Part shown: in pieces, positions 17,607 through 26,409 of the stretch | Numbering within the stretch: the first letter of the stretch is position 1 | Layout: each line of letters opens with the position of its first letter | IMG/VR virus record: IMGVR_UViG_3300017911_002356 | Location: 1-30,536 of that record | Source of the DNA: a virus | Taxonomy: Duplodnaviria; Caudoviricetes | Reading direction: 5' to 3' (one strand) | Length of the DNA: 30,536 bases | Program-made: the position numbers and the translations under genes | The notes under the pieces: model-generated | What the model saw: only the letters and a program-made list of their open reading frames with translations | Database searches by the model: none | What the model was told of the DNA's origin: nothing

Positions 17607-17999
17607 ATGAATATCAACGATTATAATATTTTACAAGCATCGGAAAACAGTCAACAACTAGCTATAGATTTTGATGGTGTTATACATAAAAATTCTAAAG
17701 GATTTTATGATGGCACTATTTACGATGATCCAGTTGATGGTGCAATAGATGCTTTAAAAAAACTATCTGAACGATATAAAATCATAATTTTTACAGCAAA
17801 AGCAAAAACCGATAGACCACTATTAAATGGCAAAACAGGCAAAGAATTGGTGTCTGAATGGTTGGATAAGCATGGATTATTAGAACATGTAACAGATATT
17901 ACTAGTGAAAAACCTCGTGCTATTGCATATATAGACGATAAAGCAATAGAATTTATTTCATGGCCACAAACTATAGGAAAAATCAATGAAATCACTTAA
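17607..17999 (+). CDS. HAD-superfamily phosphatase
   Basis: IDFDGVI (DxD), IFTA, KP.A.AYIDDKA. Confidence 0.85.
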   Translation: MNINDYNILQASENSQQLAIDFDGVIHKNSKGFYDGTIYDDPVDGAIDALKKLSERYKIIIFTAKAKTDRPLLNGKTGKELVSEWLDKHGLLEHVTDITSEKPRAIAYIDDKAIEFISWPQTIGKINEIT

Positions 18000-19074
18000 T
18001 TATATAGCCCCTATCAACAATACCACTGGTTATGGAATTACATCTACTAATATTTTAAAATCAATAATAAAAAATACTAACAACGACTTATATCTTTTTC
18101 CTTTGGGAGCAATAGGGGTAGATGGTCCTAGTGAAAAACAAGTATTAGAAAGTTTACTACATAAAACACAATTAAATTTTGATAAAACTGCGCCATGTTT
18201 TAAAGTATGGCATCCACATGATTTATCAATGAGTGTTGGGAAAGGCAAGTATGGGGCTTTAATATTTTTTGAGCTAGATACAATTAAACAAATAGAAAAA
18301 ACACACATTAATAATCTTGATGTCGTATTTGTAGCAAGCAAATGGGGTAAAAGAGTTCTTGAAAATAACGGAATAACTACGAAAATTGTAGTGTCACCTC
18401 TTGCTGTTGATACTGATGTTTTTAAAGACCATGAACACCCAAAACAATTTACAAATGACACATATAAATTTATTAATATCGGCAAATGGGAAATTAGAAA
18501 AGGTCATGACTTTGTATTAGAAGCATTTAATAATGCTTTTACAGAAGAAGATGATGTTGAATTATTTATGATAAATCAAAATCCCTTTCTTTCTGCACAA
18601 GAGAATCAAATCTGGGTTGATATGTATAAAAATAGTAAATTAGGCAATAAAATTATGCCTATCGCTAGAGTCCCAACCCATCTAGCTTTGGCAAAAGTCA
18701 TTAGAGATATGGATTGTGGCTTTTTCCCAGCAAGAGCAGAAGGATGGAACAATGAAATCCTTGAAGTAATGGCATTAAACAAGCCCGTAATTACCACTAA
18801 TTATTCTGCTCATACAGAATATTGTACTAAAGACAATGCCTTTTTAATAGATATTGATGAACTTACTGTTGCTGAAGATGGAAAATTCTTTAATGGAGAA
18901 GGAAAATGGGCAGATCTTGGAGAAAAACAAATGGAACAAACTGTAGAGTATCTTAGAAAGGTGTATAAAGAAAATATCAAGACCAATCCCCAAGGGTTGC
19001 AAACTGCTAAAAAATACACCTGGGATAATACAGCCTCTATAATTACAAAGGAGATGTTCAATGCCTCTGCCTAA
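17986..19074 (+). CDS. Glycosyltransferase family 4 (GT-B)
   Basis: TGYG, GKWEIRKG, PARAEGWN..ILEVMALNKPVITT, YTWD. Confidence 0.9.
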   Translation: MKSLNYIAPINNTTGYGITSTNILKSIIKNTNNDLYLFPLGAIGVDGPSEKQVLESLLHKTQLNFDKTAPCFKVWHPHDLSMSVGKGKYGALIFFELDTIKQIEKTHINNLDVVFVASKWGKRVLENNGITTKIVVSPLAVDTDVFKDHEHPKQFTNDTYKFINIGKWEIRKGHDFVLEAFNNAFTEEDDVELFMINQNPFLSAQENQIWVDMYKNSKLGNKIMPIARVPTHLALAKVIRDMDCGFFPARAEGWNNEILEVMALNKPVITTNYSAHTEYCTKDNAFLIDIDELTVAEDGKFFNGEGKWADLGEKQMEQTVEYLRKVYKENIKTNPQGLQTAKKYTWDNTASIITKEMFNASA

Positions 19075-19576
19075 ACATAAAAGCGGTGAAGATAGAAATA
19101 AATTCGTAAGTCGCTGTATGAGCGATCCTATGTCCAAGAAAGAATTTCCAGACACCAAACAAAGAGTAGCATATTGTGTTAAAGAAGCCCGTGAAGGGGC
19201 TAAGTCATCTTTAATACAAGACGTACACGATGAACTATTAACCTCCCAAGCCACTTGGGACGACGAATGCGATGAATGGACATGGGAAGTGGTGGCAGAA
19301 ATGATATATGATGAAGACGGCAATGCTCTTGGAGCCGAATATCAAGGTAGAAAGGTAACATTAAATAAACCTTTCCTTACTCCAGACGGACCAAAGAAAA
19401 GAAGTGTTTATGTTAAAAACGACAAAGGGAATGTTGTTAAGGTCAATTTTGGCGATCCTAATATGAAAATAAAAAAGAGTGATCCTGCTAGAAGAAAATC
19501 CTTTAGAGCTAGACACAATTGTGATAATCCTGGACCAAAGTATAAAGCTCGTTATTGGAGCTGCAAGTTCTGGTAG
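19061..19576 (+). CDS. Phage protein with C-terminal DUF6321-like domain
   Basis: 'FVSRCM' N-module; 'VKVNFGDPNM.IKKSDPARRKSFRARHNC...KARYWSCKFW'. Confidence 0.7.
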   Translation: MPLPKHKSGEDRNKFVSRCMSDPMSKKEFPDTKQRVAYCVKEAREGAKSSLIQDVHDELLTSQATWDDECDEWTWEVVAEMIYDEDGNALGAEYQGRKVTLNKPFLTPDGPKKRSVYVKNDKGNVVKVNFGDPNMKIKKSDPARRKSFRARHNCDNPGPKYKARYWSCKFW

Positions 19577-19585
19577 AACAATACA

Positions 19586-20272
19586 ATGAGTCTTATAAAT
19601 CATATTCAAAAAGCTTTAGCAGAAAAAATAGATCAAATTGATAGTCTAAAATATAAGCAAAATTATGACTATATAACAACGCCATCTGCTAATATTGCTT
19701 TCCCTGAATTGGGAGATATCAATCTTTTCGCTATTGTTAACCAACCAAATAAAAATTCTAGTCCAGAAACTAAAAAAGAATTAGACTATGTGGCCAATCG
19801 AGCTAATAATAGGACTATAGAGGAAGTTCAATTAGTATATAATGTAGACGAAGATCCTATGTTTTTATACGAACCAATTATTGAAAAGTTTAAGCTAGAT
19901 TTCCCTTATCATAAATTTAATACAATATACGAGAACATAGTCTCGCCTCTTATAGACCACTTAAAAAACTATTATAATAGAGCCAGACCATTTCAGTTAG
20001 CAGAATTATACAATATAAAAATCGATAGAATCATAACAAAAACCCACCACACCCCATCATATCCTAGCGGCCACACAATGTATGCTGCTCTAATTTCTGA
20101 AATTTTATCTGCTATTTATCCCGAAAAAAAGAGTATTTTTGAAGATCTAACACAAAAAACAGCACTTGCTCGTGTATTACAGGGTGTACATTATCCTTCT
20201 GACAATGAAGCATCAGTAAAAATAATTCAAACAATTTATCCAAAATTAAGTGAATATTATGAGAAAATATGA
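19586..20272 (+). CDS. PAP2-superfamily phosphatase/haloperoxidase-like protein
   Basis: K..YNRARP, PSYPSGH, ARVLQGVHYPSD motifs. Confidence 0.88.
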   Translation: MSLINHIQKALAEKIDQIDSLKYKQNYDYITTPSANIAFPELGDINLFAIVNQPNKNSSPETKKELDYVANRANNRTIEEVQLVYNVDEDPMFLYEPIIEKFKLDFPYHKFNTIYENIVSPLIDHLKNYYNRARPFQLAELYNIKIDRIITKTHHTPSYPSGHTMYAALISEILSAIYPEKKSIFEDLTQKTALARVLQGVHYPSDNEASVKIIQTIYPKLSEYYEKI

Positions 20273-20681
20273 CATTTTATCTGACATAAATAAATCTTTG
20301 TCTAGCGAAAACGAAACTCCAGAAATGGAACTAGAAGAATACAAGCAAGATTTTCTTGAAATGAATATCGGTTCTCTTAATGCTATTATGAGACATGCAC
20401 AAGAATTATTAAATTCTCTTGGCGACGAATCAGTAAAAAACAACTTGACAGAAAGCTGGCTACAGGGTAAAATAGCAATAACAGAGGATTACATGAGAAC
20501 AATTCATGATTTTGTAAAGTATGTACCCTCAGATGACGATAATACTTTTGCTGCTGATAAGCCAGGACTCTGGGAAAACATTAGAAAGAAAAGAGAAAGA
20601 GAAGGAAAAAAATATCGACCAGCAAAGCCTGGAGATAAAGATAGGCCAGACCCAGAGGCTTGGAAAAAAGCACAAAAGTAA
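20250..20681 (+). CDS. Hypothetical phage protein with basic C-terminal module
   Basis: 'ESWLQGKI...EDYM'; 'KPGLWENIRKKRER...PGDKDRP'; start may be ATG 20259. Confidence 0.7.
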   Translation: MNIMRKYDILSDINKSLSSENETPEMELEEYKQDFLEMNIGSLNAIMRHAQELLNSLGDESVKNNLTESWLQGKIAITEDYMRTIHDFVKYVPSDDDNTFAADKPGLWENIRKKREREGKKYRPAKPGDKDRPDPEAWKKAQK

Positions 20682-20692
20682 TTTGCTTTTTT
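20664..20692 (+). terminator. Weak possible terminator
   Basis: AAAAAAGCA (20664-20672)/TGCTTTTTT (20684-20692) inverted repeat; AT-rich stem. Confidence 0.25.
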
Positions 20693-20719
20693 AGATTTAC
20701 ATTTTAGAGGACTTTAAAT

Positions 20720-21313
20720 ATGGATAATAAAGAATATAAGGATCTTGTTGAATATATTGATATGGCTAAAAAGACGATTAGGGCATTTTCTAATAGAATT
20801 TGCCCAGGAATCTGTAATCAAATGAGCAATAGTGAAGATGCTATTGCTGATATTGCTTATGCTATGATGCAAGCAGATTGGAAGTATGATAAAAACAGAA
20901 AAGGTAAGCAAAGCAACCAATCAAAAAGTCAGTATTCTTACAGAAATCAATGTGCTATTTGGGCAATACAAACATATATCAAAAAATATCTACGAACAAA
21001 TAAAACTGTCTATTTAAATAATATACTCTCTTCTGAAGATAGTACAAGTTTTTGTGATATCTTAGAGGACATGAATCAGAAAGAACCTGTAGATTATGTC
21101 TTGCAGCAAGAAAAAACACACCTAGAATCACAACTTGTAAAAGATATTTTTGATTCAGATTTACTTAATGACACACAAAAGGATAAGCTAAAACTTTATT
21201 ATATCGATGGTTTAAGTTTAGCGAAGATAGGGAAAAGATATGGTATTACTAGAGAAGCTGTTAGACAAAATATAAAAAATTCTATTGACAGGATACGGGA
21301 GAGTTTTGTATGA
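20720..21313 (+). CDS. Sigma-70-family RNA polymerase sigma factor-like protein
   Basis: Region 2-like 'AMMQADWKYD...YSYR..CAIWAI'; region 4 HTH 'LYYIDGLSLAKIGKRYGITREAVRQ'; GAGG RBS. Confidence 0.8.
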   Translation: MDNKEYKDLVEYIDMAKKTIRAFSNRICPGICNQMSNSEDAIADIAYAMMQADWKYDKNRKGKQSNQSKSQYSYRNQCAIWAIQTYIKKYLRTNKTVYLNNILSSEDSTSFCDILEDMNQKEPVDYVLQQEKTHLESQLVKDIFDSDLLNDTQKDKLKLYYIDGLSLAKIGKRYGITREAVRQNIKNSIDRIRESFV

Positions 21314-21741
21314 AAGTATATATACTATCTGTTATTTTTTGTGTTGATCAAATTAAAAAAATACCATATTTGTTAACTTCATCAAACGATGACCAGCTAT
21401 TACCAATATTAGAAATAAAATACCCTCAATATTTTTATAAAGAAATCTTTCACCAACTTAAGAATATCTTTACTGTTGATTCTATAAAAGTTGAGTCTGA
21501 TTGCAACTATAATTTTTTAGAAGTACAGCAAGAAATGAGTGTTCAATATGCTAAAGAGCATTATGATTTTATCAAAGACGATGATTTAATTATTACATAT
21601 GGTGGCATTTTATTAAAATATGAATGTTTAGAGGGCTTTAAATGGACAGAATATATTGCTAAGCAACAACATAACGGATACAGTAGTGATATGAATTTAA
21701 ATTTATTACTCGATAATATCATCCAAAGATCTTCAGTATGA
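21310..21741 (+). CDS. Hypothetical protein
   Basis: 143-aa ORF with ATGA overlaps at both ends. Confidence 0.7.
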   Translation: MKVYILSVIFCVDQIKKIPYLLTSSNDDQLLPILEIKYPQYFYKEIFHQLKNIFTVDSIKVESDCNYNFLEVQQEMSVQYAKEHYDFIKDDDLIITYGGILLKYECLEGFKWTEYIAKQQHNGYSSDMNLNLLLDNIIQRSSV

Positions 21742-22367
21742 CATTATCTAACGATACATTACAAGACATCCATAGCTATGGGGCCAATCTAAATTGTAGA
21801 GATATATTTCTACACAATTTCTTCTCTGGTACAGAGGATGAGAATCCTGGTGTCGATTATAGAATGGCAAATATTTTTCTTAAAAATCTAAGGACGTTAG
21901 AAAATAAATCTGCCGATCCGATTAGAATTCATATGAATAGCATTGGTGGCTCTTGGCCTGATGGTATGGTTATATATGATGCTATATGCATGTCTAAATG
22001 TTATGTTACAATTATTGCTTATGGACAAGCAGAAAGTATGAGTAGTATTATTCTTCAGGCTGGAGATGAAAGGCTAATCACTTCAAACACATACTTTATG
22101 GCTCATTATGGGTCTTCATCTTCATACGGAGATTATCTTAGTTCTCAAAATTGGATGCAATATGAAAAACACATTTGTGACACAATGTTAGATATTTACT
22201 CCACCAGCTGTATCAAAGGTAAATTCTTTAAAGAAAAATATGCGAAGCCAGATATTAAAAAAGTAAAACATTTTCTTTCTAAAAAATTACAAGATGGAGA
22301 TTGGTATATGACAGCAGAAGAAACTGTTTACTATGGTTTTGCAGACAGAATATTAAAAAGTATATGA
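21738..22367 (+). CDS. clpP: ClpP-like protease (S14)
   Basis: MNSIGG, IYDAI, GQAESMSS (Ser), FMAH (His), DWYMTAEE..YYGFAD (Asp). Confidence 0.88.
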   Translation: MTLSNDTLQDIHSYGANLNCRDIFLHNFFSGTEDENPGVDYRMANIFLKNLRTLENKSADPIRIHMNSIGGSWPDGMVIYDAICMSKCYVTIIAYGQAESMSSIILQAGDERLITSNTYFMAHYGSSSSYGDYLSSQNWMQYEKHICDTMLDIYSTSCIKGKFFKEKYAKPDIKKVKHFLSKKLQDGDWYMTAEETVYYGFADRILKSI

Positions 22368-22376
22368 ATCATAAAA

Positions 22377-22388
22377 GGTGTAAATTAT
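22377..22388 (+). promoter_or_regulatory. GGTGTA motif, candidate phage-specific promoter
   Basis: Intergenic GGTGTAAATTAT. Confidence 0.45.
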
Positions 22389-22404
22389 AGTAGATTTAAC
22401 TACT

Positions 22405-23082
22405 ATGATATATACTGATATGAAAATAGAATTTCAATATACAGATGAAACCTCGTCAAATCAAGATCTACTATCTGTATTCAATAAAGTAGAAGAATTC
22501 TCTTTTGTTGATAAGTTTAGCATACTACATCCATACGTCAAGTACATAAAAAATAAAATTTCTAAAGATAATAGTATAAAAATTGGATCACTTATAGATT
22601 TCCCTTTTGGCGTTCTTTCTACAGAAACAAAATTAGATATAATCAAACAGTCTATATCTGATGGTGCTGATTCCATTGAAATTATTATGCCTTCTTTTTT
22701 AATAAATAATAAACAAAATGTAAAAATAAAAAAAGATATTGAAAAATGTTACGAATTGTGTTCAGATAACGCTGTAAATTTACATTATATATTGGAATAT
22801 AGACTTTATAATTATTCTTGCCTCTCCAGATTAGTCAAATTTTTATTGGGCTTTAATCTGAATGATATATATATATCTACAGGTTTTAGATTAGATGATA
22901 TATATGATCATATTACAGCCATGGCTATGATATCTAAAGAAAATGAAAGTGCAAATATTATCTGTAATGCTAATATTTTCAATAATAGCCATTTAGAGCT
23001 GTTAGAATCAGCCAATTTAAGATGCTTTAGGGTTAACTCAATTTCGACACTAGGTTTAATTAGAGAAAAATATCAAATTTAA
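22405..23082 (+). CDS. Deoxyribose-phosphate aldolase (DeoC)-like protein, divergent
   Basis: 'IDFPFG..STETK...I...GAD.IE', 'ILE', 'STGF'; catalytic KTSTG reads YISTG; start may be ATG 22420. Confidence 0.7.
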   Translation: MIYTDMKIEFQYTDETSSNQDLLSVFNKVEEFSFVDKFSILHPYVKYIKNKISKDNSIKIGSLIDFPFGVLSTETKLDIIKQSISDGADSIEIIMPSFLINNKQNVKIKKDIEKCYELCSDNAVNLHYILEYRLYNYSCLSRLVKFLLGFNLNDIYISTGFRLDDIYDHITAMAMISKENESANIICNANIFNNSHLELLESANLRCFRVNSISTLGLIREKYQI

Positions 23083-23152
23083 ACTATTTTGGGGTAAAAG
23101 GTAACTAGTTCCTATAGCTATAGTTAACCGATCAACCATATGGAGAATAGAA

Positions 23153-23677
23153 ATGGCAACAGTACAACAAGGCAATTCAGCCGTAACAGCTACTAGTACA
23201 ATTAATAACGGTGGAACAGCCATAAATGTTGGCACTTCCAGTGTTTTAGACACAAGATCATTAGGCACAGTAGATTTAGGTGTATTTGGTTCAGCAGTGG
23301 TTTCCGGGGTTAATGCAGAAAAATCAGTAGATGCTGGTACTTTTGCGTTTGACAATCAAACCGGATTGATTATGAGAGTAACAGAATCTCTTGCAACAGT
23401 ATCGAACGATTTTCTTGTTTCTGCTGCTGATGATGTGACTAATGCAAGAAGTATCCATCAAGTTTCTGGTGTCTGGATCACCGATCAAACAAGTGCTATT
23501 CGTAATGGTGCTTGGAATGCATACAGTGGTGAATTTAGTCCAGCAACAACCGGAGAATTAGTCGATATGGGCGTTGACGCTGCTGCTAATCCAACTCGTT
23601 TAGCTCCAGGCGAACTTTACTACCTACAAGGCGGCAAAACAGCAGTCACAGGCACATACTCAGCAAAAAATACTTAA
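23153..23677 (+). CDS. Probable virion structural protein
   Basis: GGAG RBS; A/G/S/T/V-rich, few Lys; followed by a terminator. Confidence 0.6.
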   Translation: MATVQQGNSAVTATSTINNGGTAINVGTSSVLDTRSLGTVDLGVFGSAVVSGVNAEKSVDAGTFAFDNQTGLIMRVTESLATVSNDFLVSAADDVTNARSIHQVSGVWITDQTSAIRNGAWNAYSGEFSPATTGELVDMGVDAAANPTRLAPGELYYLQGGKTAVTGTYSAKNT

Positions 23678-23693
23678 TTAGATATTCTCATTA

Positions 23694-23704
23694 GGTGTAT
23701 TCAT
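23694..23704 (+). promoter_or_regulatory. GGTGTA motif, candidate phage-specific promoter
   Basis: Intergenic GGTGTATTCAT. Confidence 0.4.
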
Positions 23705-23710
23705 CTTAGA

Positions 23711-23745
23711 GAGCCAGAGGTGTGCAGGCATCTCTGGCTTTTTTT
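23711..23745 (+). terminator. Rho-independent terminator
   Basis: 12-bp stem GAGCCAGAGGTG/CATCTCTGGCTT, 6-nt loop, followed by a T-run. Confidence 0.85.
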
Positions 23746-23768
23746 ATACCACAGTTTGGAGAACTAAA

Positions 23769-24101
23769 ATGTCAGACCCAAATACATTAGGTCATTTTTT
23801 TGAAAATTTTACAACTTCTATGTTTAGTGTTGTAATCGCATTAATAGGTTTCTGGACTACTTTTGTAAAAAATTTAGTAAACAGAAAAGAAGTTGAAGAA
23901 ATGATTATAACTACTGCACAGGCTAGTCAGTATGCCAAAGACAGACAATTTATTATGGAAAGATTAAATAGTCATAAAGAAGATACAAATATTCTTTTTA
24001 GAGCTTTAGAAAAAAATACAGAAGTAATGACAGAACTAAAAGTACAAATAGCTACACTAGGCAAAACATTAGAAGCATTAGAACATAGAATTGAAAGGTA
24101 A
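23769..24101 (+). CDS. Membrane-anchored coiled-coil protein
   Basis: One N-terminal TM (MFSVVIALIGFW), C-terminal heptads; GGAG RBS. Confidence 0.7.
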   Translation: MSDPNTLGHFFENFTTSMFSVVIALIGFWTTFVKNLVNRKEVEEMIITTAQASQYAKDRQFIMERLNSHKEDTNILFRALEKNTEVMTELKVQIATLGKTLEALEHRIER

Positions 24102-24493
24102 TGATCATGGCATATGAATATGGTAAAGTGAAAATTCAGCTTAGAAGAGACACCTCTGCTAATCTTGCTACTAAGGTATTAGCAAGCGGAGAACCAGCCT
24201 ATGCTATAGATACTGCAACTTTAAAAATAGGTAATGGATCAGATACATTTTCTGCTCTCAGCGGGCTAATTGCTGGTGCTGGCGGTGCTGGAGACATTAC
24301 AGAAGTCACCGCTGGAACTGGATTAAGCGGAGGCGGAACAACTGGAGCCGTTACTTTGCATAGCGATTTATTCAGCGATACTGGAGTGGCTGGTGGAGGC
24401 AACACAGTAACAAATATTGTTAGTATTAGCTCCGGTGATTATGGCGCATTAGGATCTTATCATCCTACGACAATATATTTCGTAACAGGATAA
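24101..24493 (+). CDS. Short tail-fibre-like protein (hyaluronidase/major tropism determinant N-terminal domain)
   Basis: 'KIQLRRDT...VLASGEP.Y..DT..LKIGNG'; 'GDITEVTAGTGLSGGG..GAVTL'. Confidence 0.75.
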   Translation: MIMAYEYGKVKIQLRRDTSANLATKVLASGEPAYAIDTATLKIGNGSDTFSALSGLIAGAGGAGDITEVTAGTGLSGGGTTGAVTLHSDLFSDTGVAGGGNTVTNIVSISSGDYGALGSYHPTTIYFVTG

Positions 24494-24503
24494 GGTATTT
24501 GTA

Positions 24504-25133
24504 ATGTTTAATTTTTTTCATAATAACAAGAAACAACAAAATAGAAAACTGTATGAGTCTATTCTTAATAGTGAGGCTCAATCAGAAATTATAACATCTC
24601 TTGCATATGATGACCCATTAACAGATACCACAAAAATAGGAAATGCTTCTGTTTCTAGTTTAAAGATTGGAAATAATTCAGTTATTAAAATAGCTATTGG
24701 AAGTACCTTGGTTTACGACTCTACTGCTCAAGGTGGTGGTGGCGGTGTCCAGACGCTAGCATTAACTGATGCTGCAACAAATCAATGCTATGAGGAAGTG
24801 TCATATGTTTTTGGAGATTTACCAGCTGGAACAACTAAATTAACAGCAACTGCGGTAGGTATAGTAGAAGCTGGGGGCACTAGCACTGTAACAGCCACTT
24901 ATACATCCTTTACTACAAACACGGCAACTACATTAGGAACTGGAGGTATTGGTGGTAAAAATATCCTTTTATCACATCAAGGTGCTTCCAATCCAAAAGC
25001 TTTTCGATTAAGAGGTCAATATGACAGACCAATAGATAGTGCCACGCTAACCGTGCTTGCTAAAAATTCTAGTGATACTGTGTTAGCAAGCGGAACTATT
25101 AGCGGGCTGTCATCTGATGACTGTAGTGACTAA
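24504..25133 (+). CDS. Probable virion/tail-fibre-associated protein
   Basis: Repeated KIG-like units ('KIGNASVSSLKIGNNSVIKIAIGSTLVY'), Gly linker, T/A/S-rich beta domain. Confidence 0.55.
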   Translation: MFNFFHNNKKQQNRKLYESILNSEAQSEIITSLAYDDPLTDTTKIGNASVSSLKIGNNSVIKIAIGSTLVYDSTAQGGGGGVQTLALTDAATNQCYEEVSYVFGDLPAGTTKLTATAVGIVEAGGTSTVTATYTSFTTNTATTLGTGGIGGKNILLSHQGASNPKAFRLRGQYDRPIDSATLTVLAKNSSDTVLASGTISGLSSDDCSD

Positions 25134-25510
25134 TGAGATACGACAAATACTGCAAGAAAATAAACCCACCAGAATGGCTACTAAAAAATAGAGATGTGTC
25201 TGGATCTTGGGTATATAAAATAGGAGATTATCAAAACTGGCATACCAATTATCACATACCGGGAGCTAGAGTATATGTAGTCTGGTCCAAAAACAGCGAT
25301 AGTGGTATGAGGTTTATAATTAATGGAGAAGTAAAAACATTTCAAGACATAAAGGGTTGGCAATATAGAATATTTAATGTGCCACAACCACATTGCGTTT
25401 GGGCTAATTGCGATAGAATTAGTTATGGTTTTAGGATTAGTAAAATAGAAGAAGAAATATTAACACCAATACAGCTTAACGATGCTCAAGATATATTATC
25501 AATTACCTAA
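25133..25510 (+). CDS. Hypothetical protein, possible cupin/2OG-oxygenase-like fold
   Basis: 'WHTN' ... 'HCV' ... 'RISYGF' spacing resembles double-stranded beta-helix metal ligands. Confidence 0.45.
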   Translation: MRYDKYCKKINPPEWLLKNRDVSGSWVYKIGDYQNWHTNYHIPGARVYVVWSKNSDSGMRFIINGEVKTFQDIKGWQYRIFNVPQPHCVWANCDRISYGFRISKIEEEILTPIQLNDAQDILSIT

Positions 25511-26042
25511 TGGAAAATCATTTGCTCATGTAAGCCGCAGTTGTACTAGCACATTATGCGCAATAGCATTACAAACTTTTTATAAAAATAAATTTAAAGA
25601 ATGGAAAAATAAACCAAGCAGACCACAAGAATATTTGGAGGAACGATGGACTAGAAAATTGCCATCAAACTGTTTAGTGATGGTAAGAGATCCAGTGGAA
25701 AGATTAGCATCTTATTATTCAGTAAAAAAACAAAATTGGGATTGTGTATACCAAATAATAAAGGCGCAAAAAACAGGGGGTGTAATTAAACGAGAATTTT
25801 CTGAAAATATATCAATGAGGAGATATCACCATCTAGCACCATTGACATTAATAGCAGACCATGATTCTCATTTTATTTTGTTTCCAGAAGTCCAAAAGGC
25901 TTGTGACTATCTAGAGCTAGAATATAATCAACAAATTCATGTCTCAGAGCAAGATCCAAGCTATAATAAAGAAGTACCAGAAAATATACAAAATTTACTT
26001 AAAGATGATATTATCATGTATAATTTTTTAGCAGAAAAATAA
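25482..26042 (+). CDS. Sulfotransferase family 2-like protein (divergent)
   Basis: 'FAHVSRSCTSTL' (5'-PSB-like), 'VRDPVERLASYY' (3'-PB), 'HLAPL'. Confidence 0.65.
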   Translation: MLKIYYQLPNGKSFAHVSRSCTSTLCAIALQTFYKNKFKEWKNKPSRPQEYLEERWTRKLPSNCLVMVRDPVERLASYYSVKKQNWDCVYQIIKAQKTGGVIKREFSENISMRRYHHLAPLTLIADHDSHFILFPEVQKACDYLELEYNQQIHVSEQDPSYNKEVPENIQNLLKDDIIMYNFLAEK

Positions 26043-26128
26043 GCACATCCAACCAGTTAGGAATATTTTTATGACACATTATGCTTTATAAGATCGATCA
26101 AATTAGCTGATCATAAACAAAGCTTAAT

Positions 26129-26140
26129 GGTGTATAAGTA
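26129..26140 (+). promoter_or_regulatory. GGTGTA motif, candidate phage-specific promoter
   Basis: Intergenic GGTGTATAAGTA, 50 nt before ATG 26179. Confidence 0.5.
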
Positions 26141-26178
26141 ATACGAATATTCACACACTCTAATATAAAGGGTTAAAA

Positions 26179-26409
26179 ATGGCCATTTCTACTACAGATG
26201 TTGTCACTCCTGCAAATACTGGCTCAGACAATATTGCTAATGGCAATGCTATTGTTTATTGCACACAGGGCGGAGTATCTCAAGTATTGATTACTGATTC
26301 TTATGTTAGTAATCCAACATTTTCTGGCATTGAAGATAAATACACAAACAGATTTGACCAAGTTGCTTATTATAATACTGCAACTGGCATTGATGGCGGG
26401 GGAGCATAA
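26179..26409 (+). CDS. Small hypothetical, possibly virion protein
   Basis: 76 aa, T/N/G/A-rich, AAAGGG RBS. Confidence 0.6.
   Translation: MAISTTDVVTPANTGSDNIANGNAIVYCTQGGVSQVLITDSYVSNPTFSGIEDKYTNRFDQVAYYNTATGIDGGGA

Noticed and set aside
23112-23123. 12-bp perfect palindrome CTATAGCTATAG upstream of ORF 23153
   Set aside because: Single AT-rich occurrence that could arise by chance; no second copy seen
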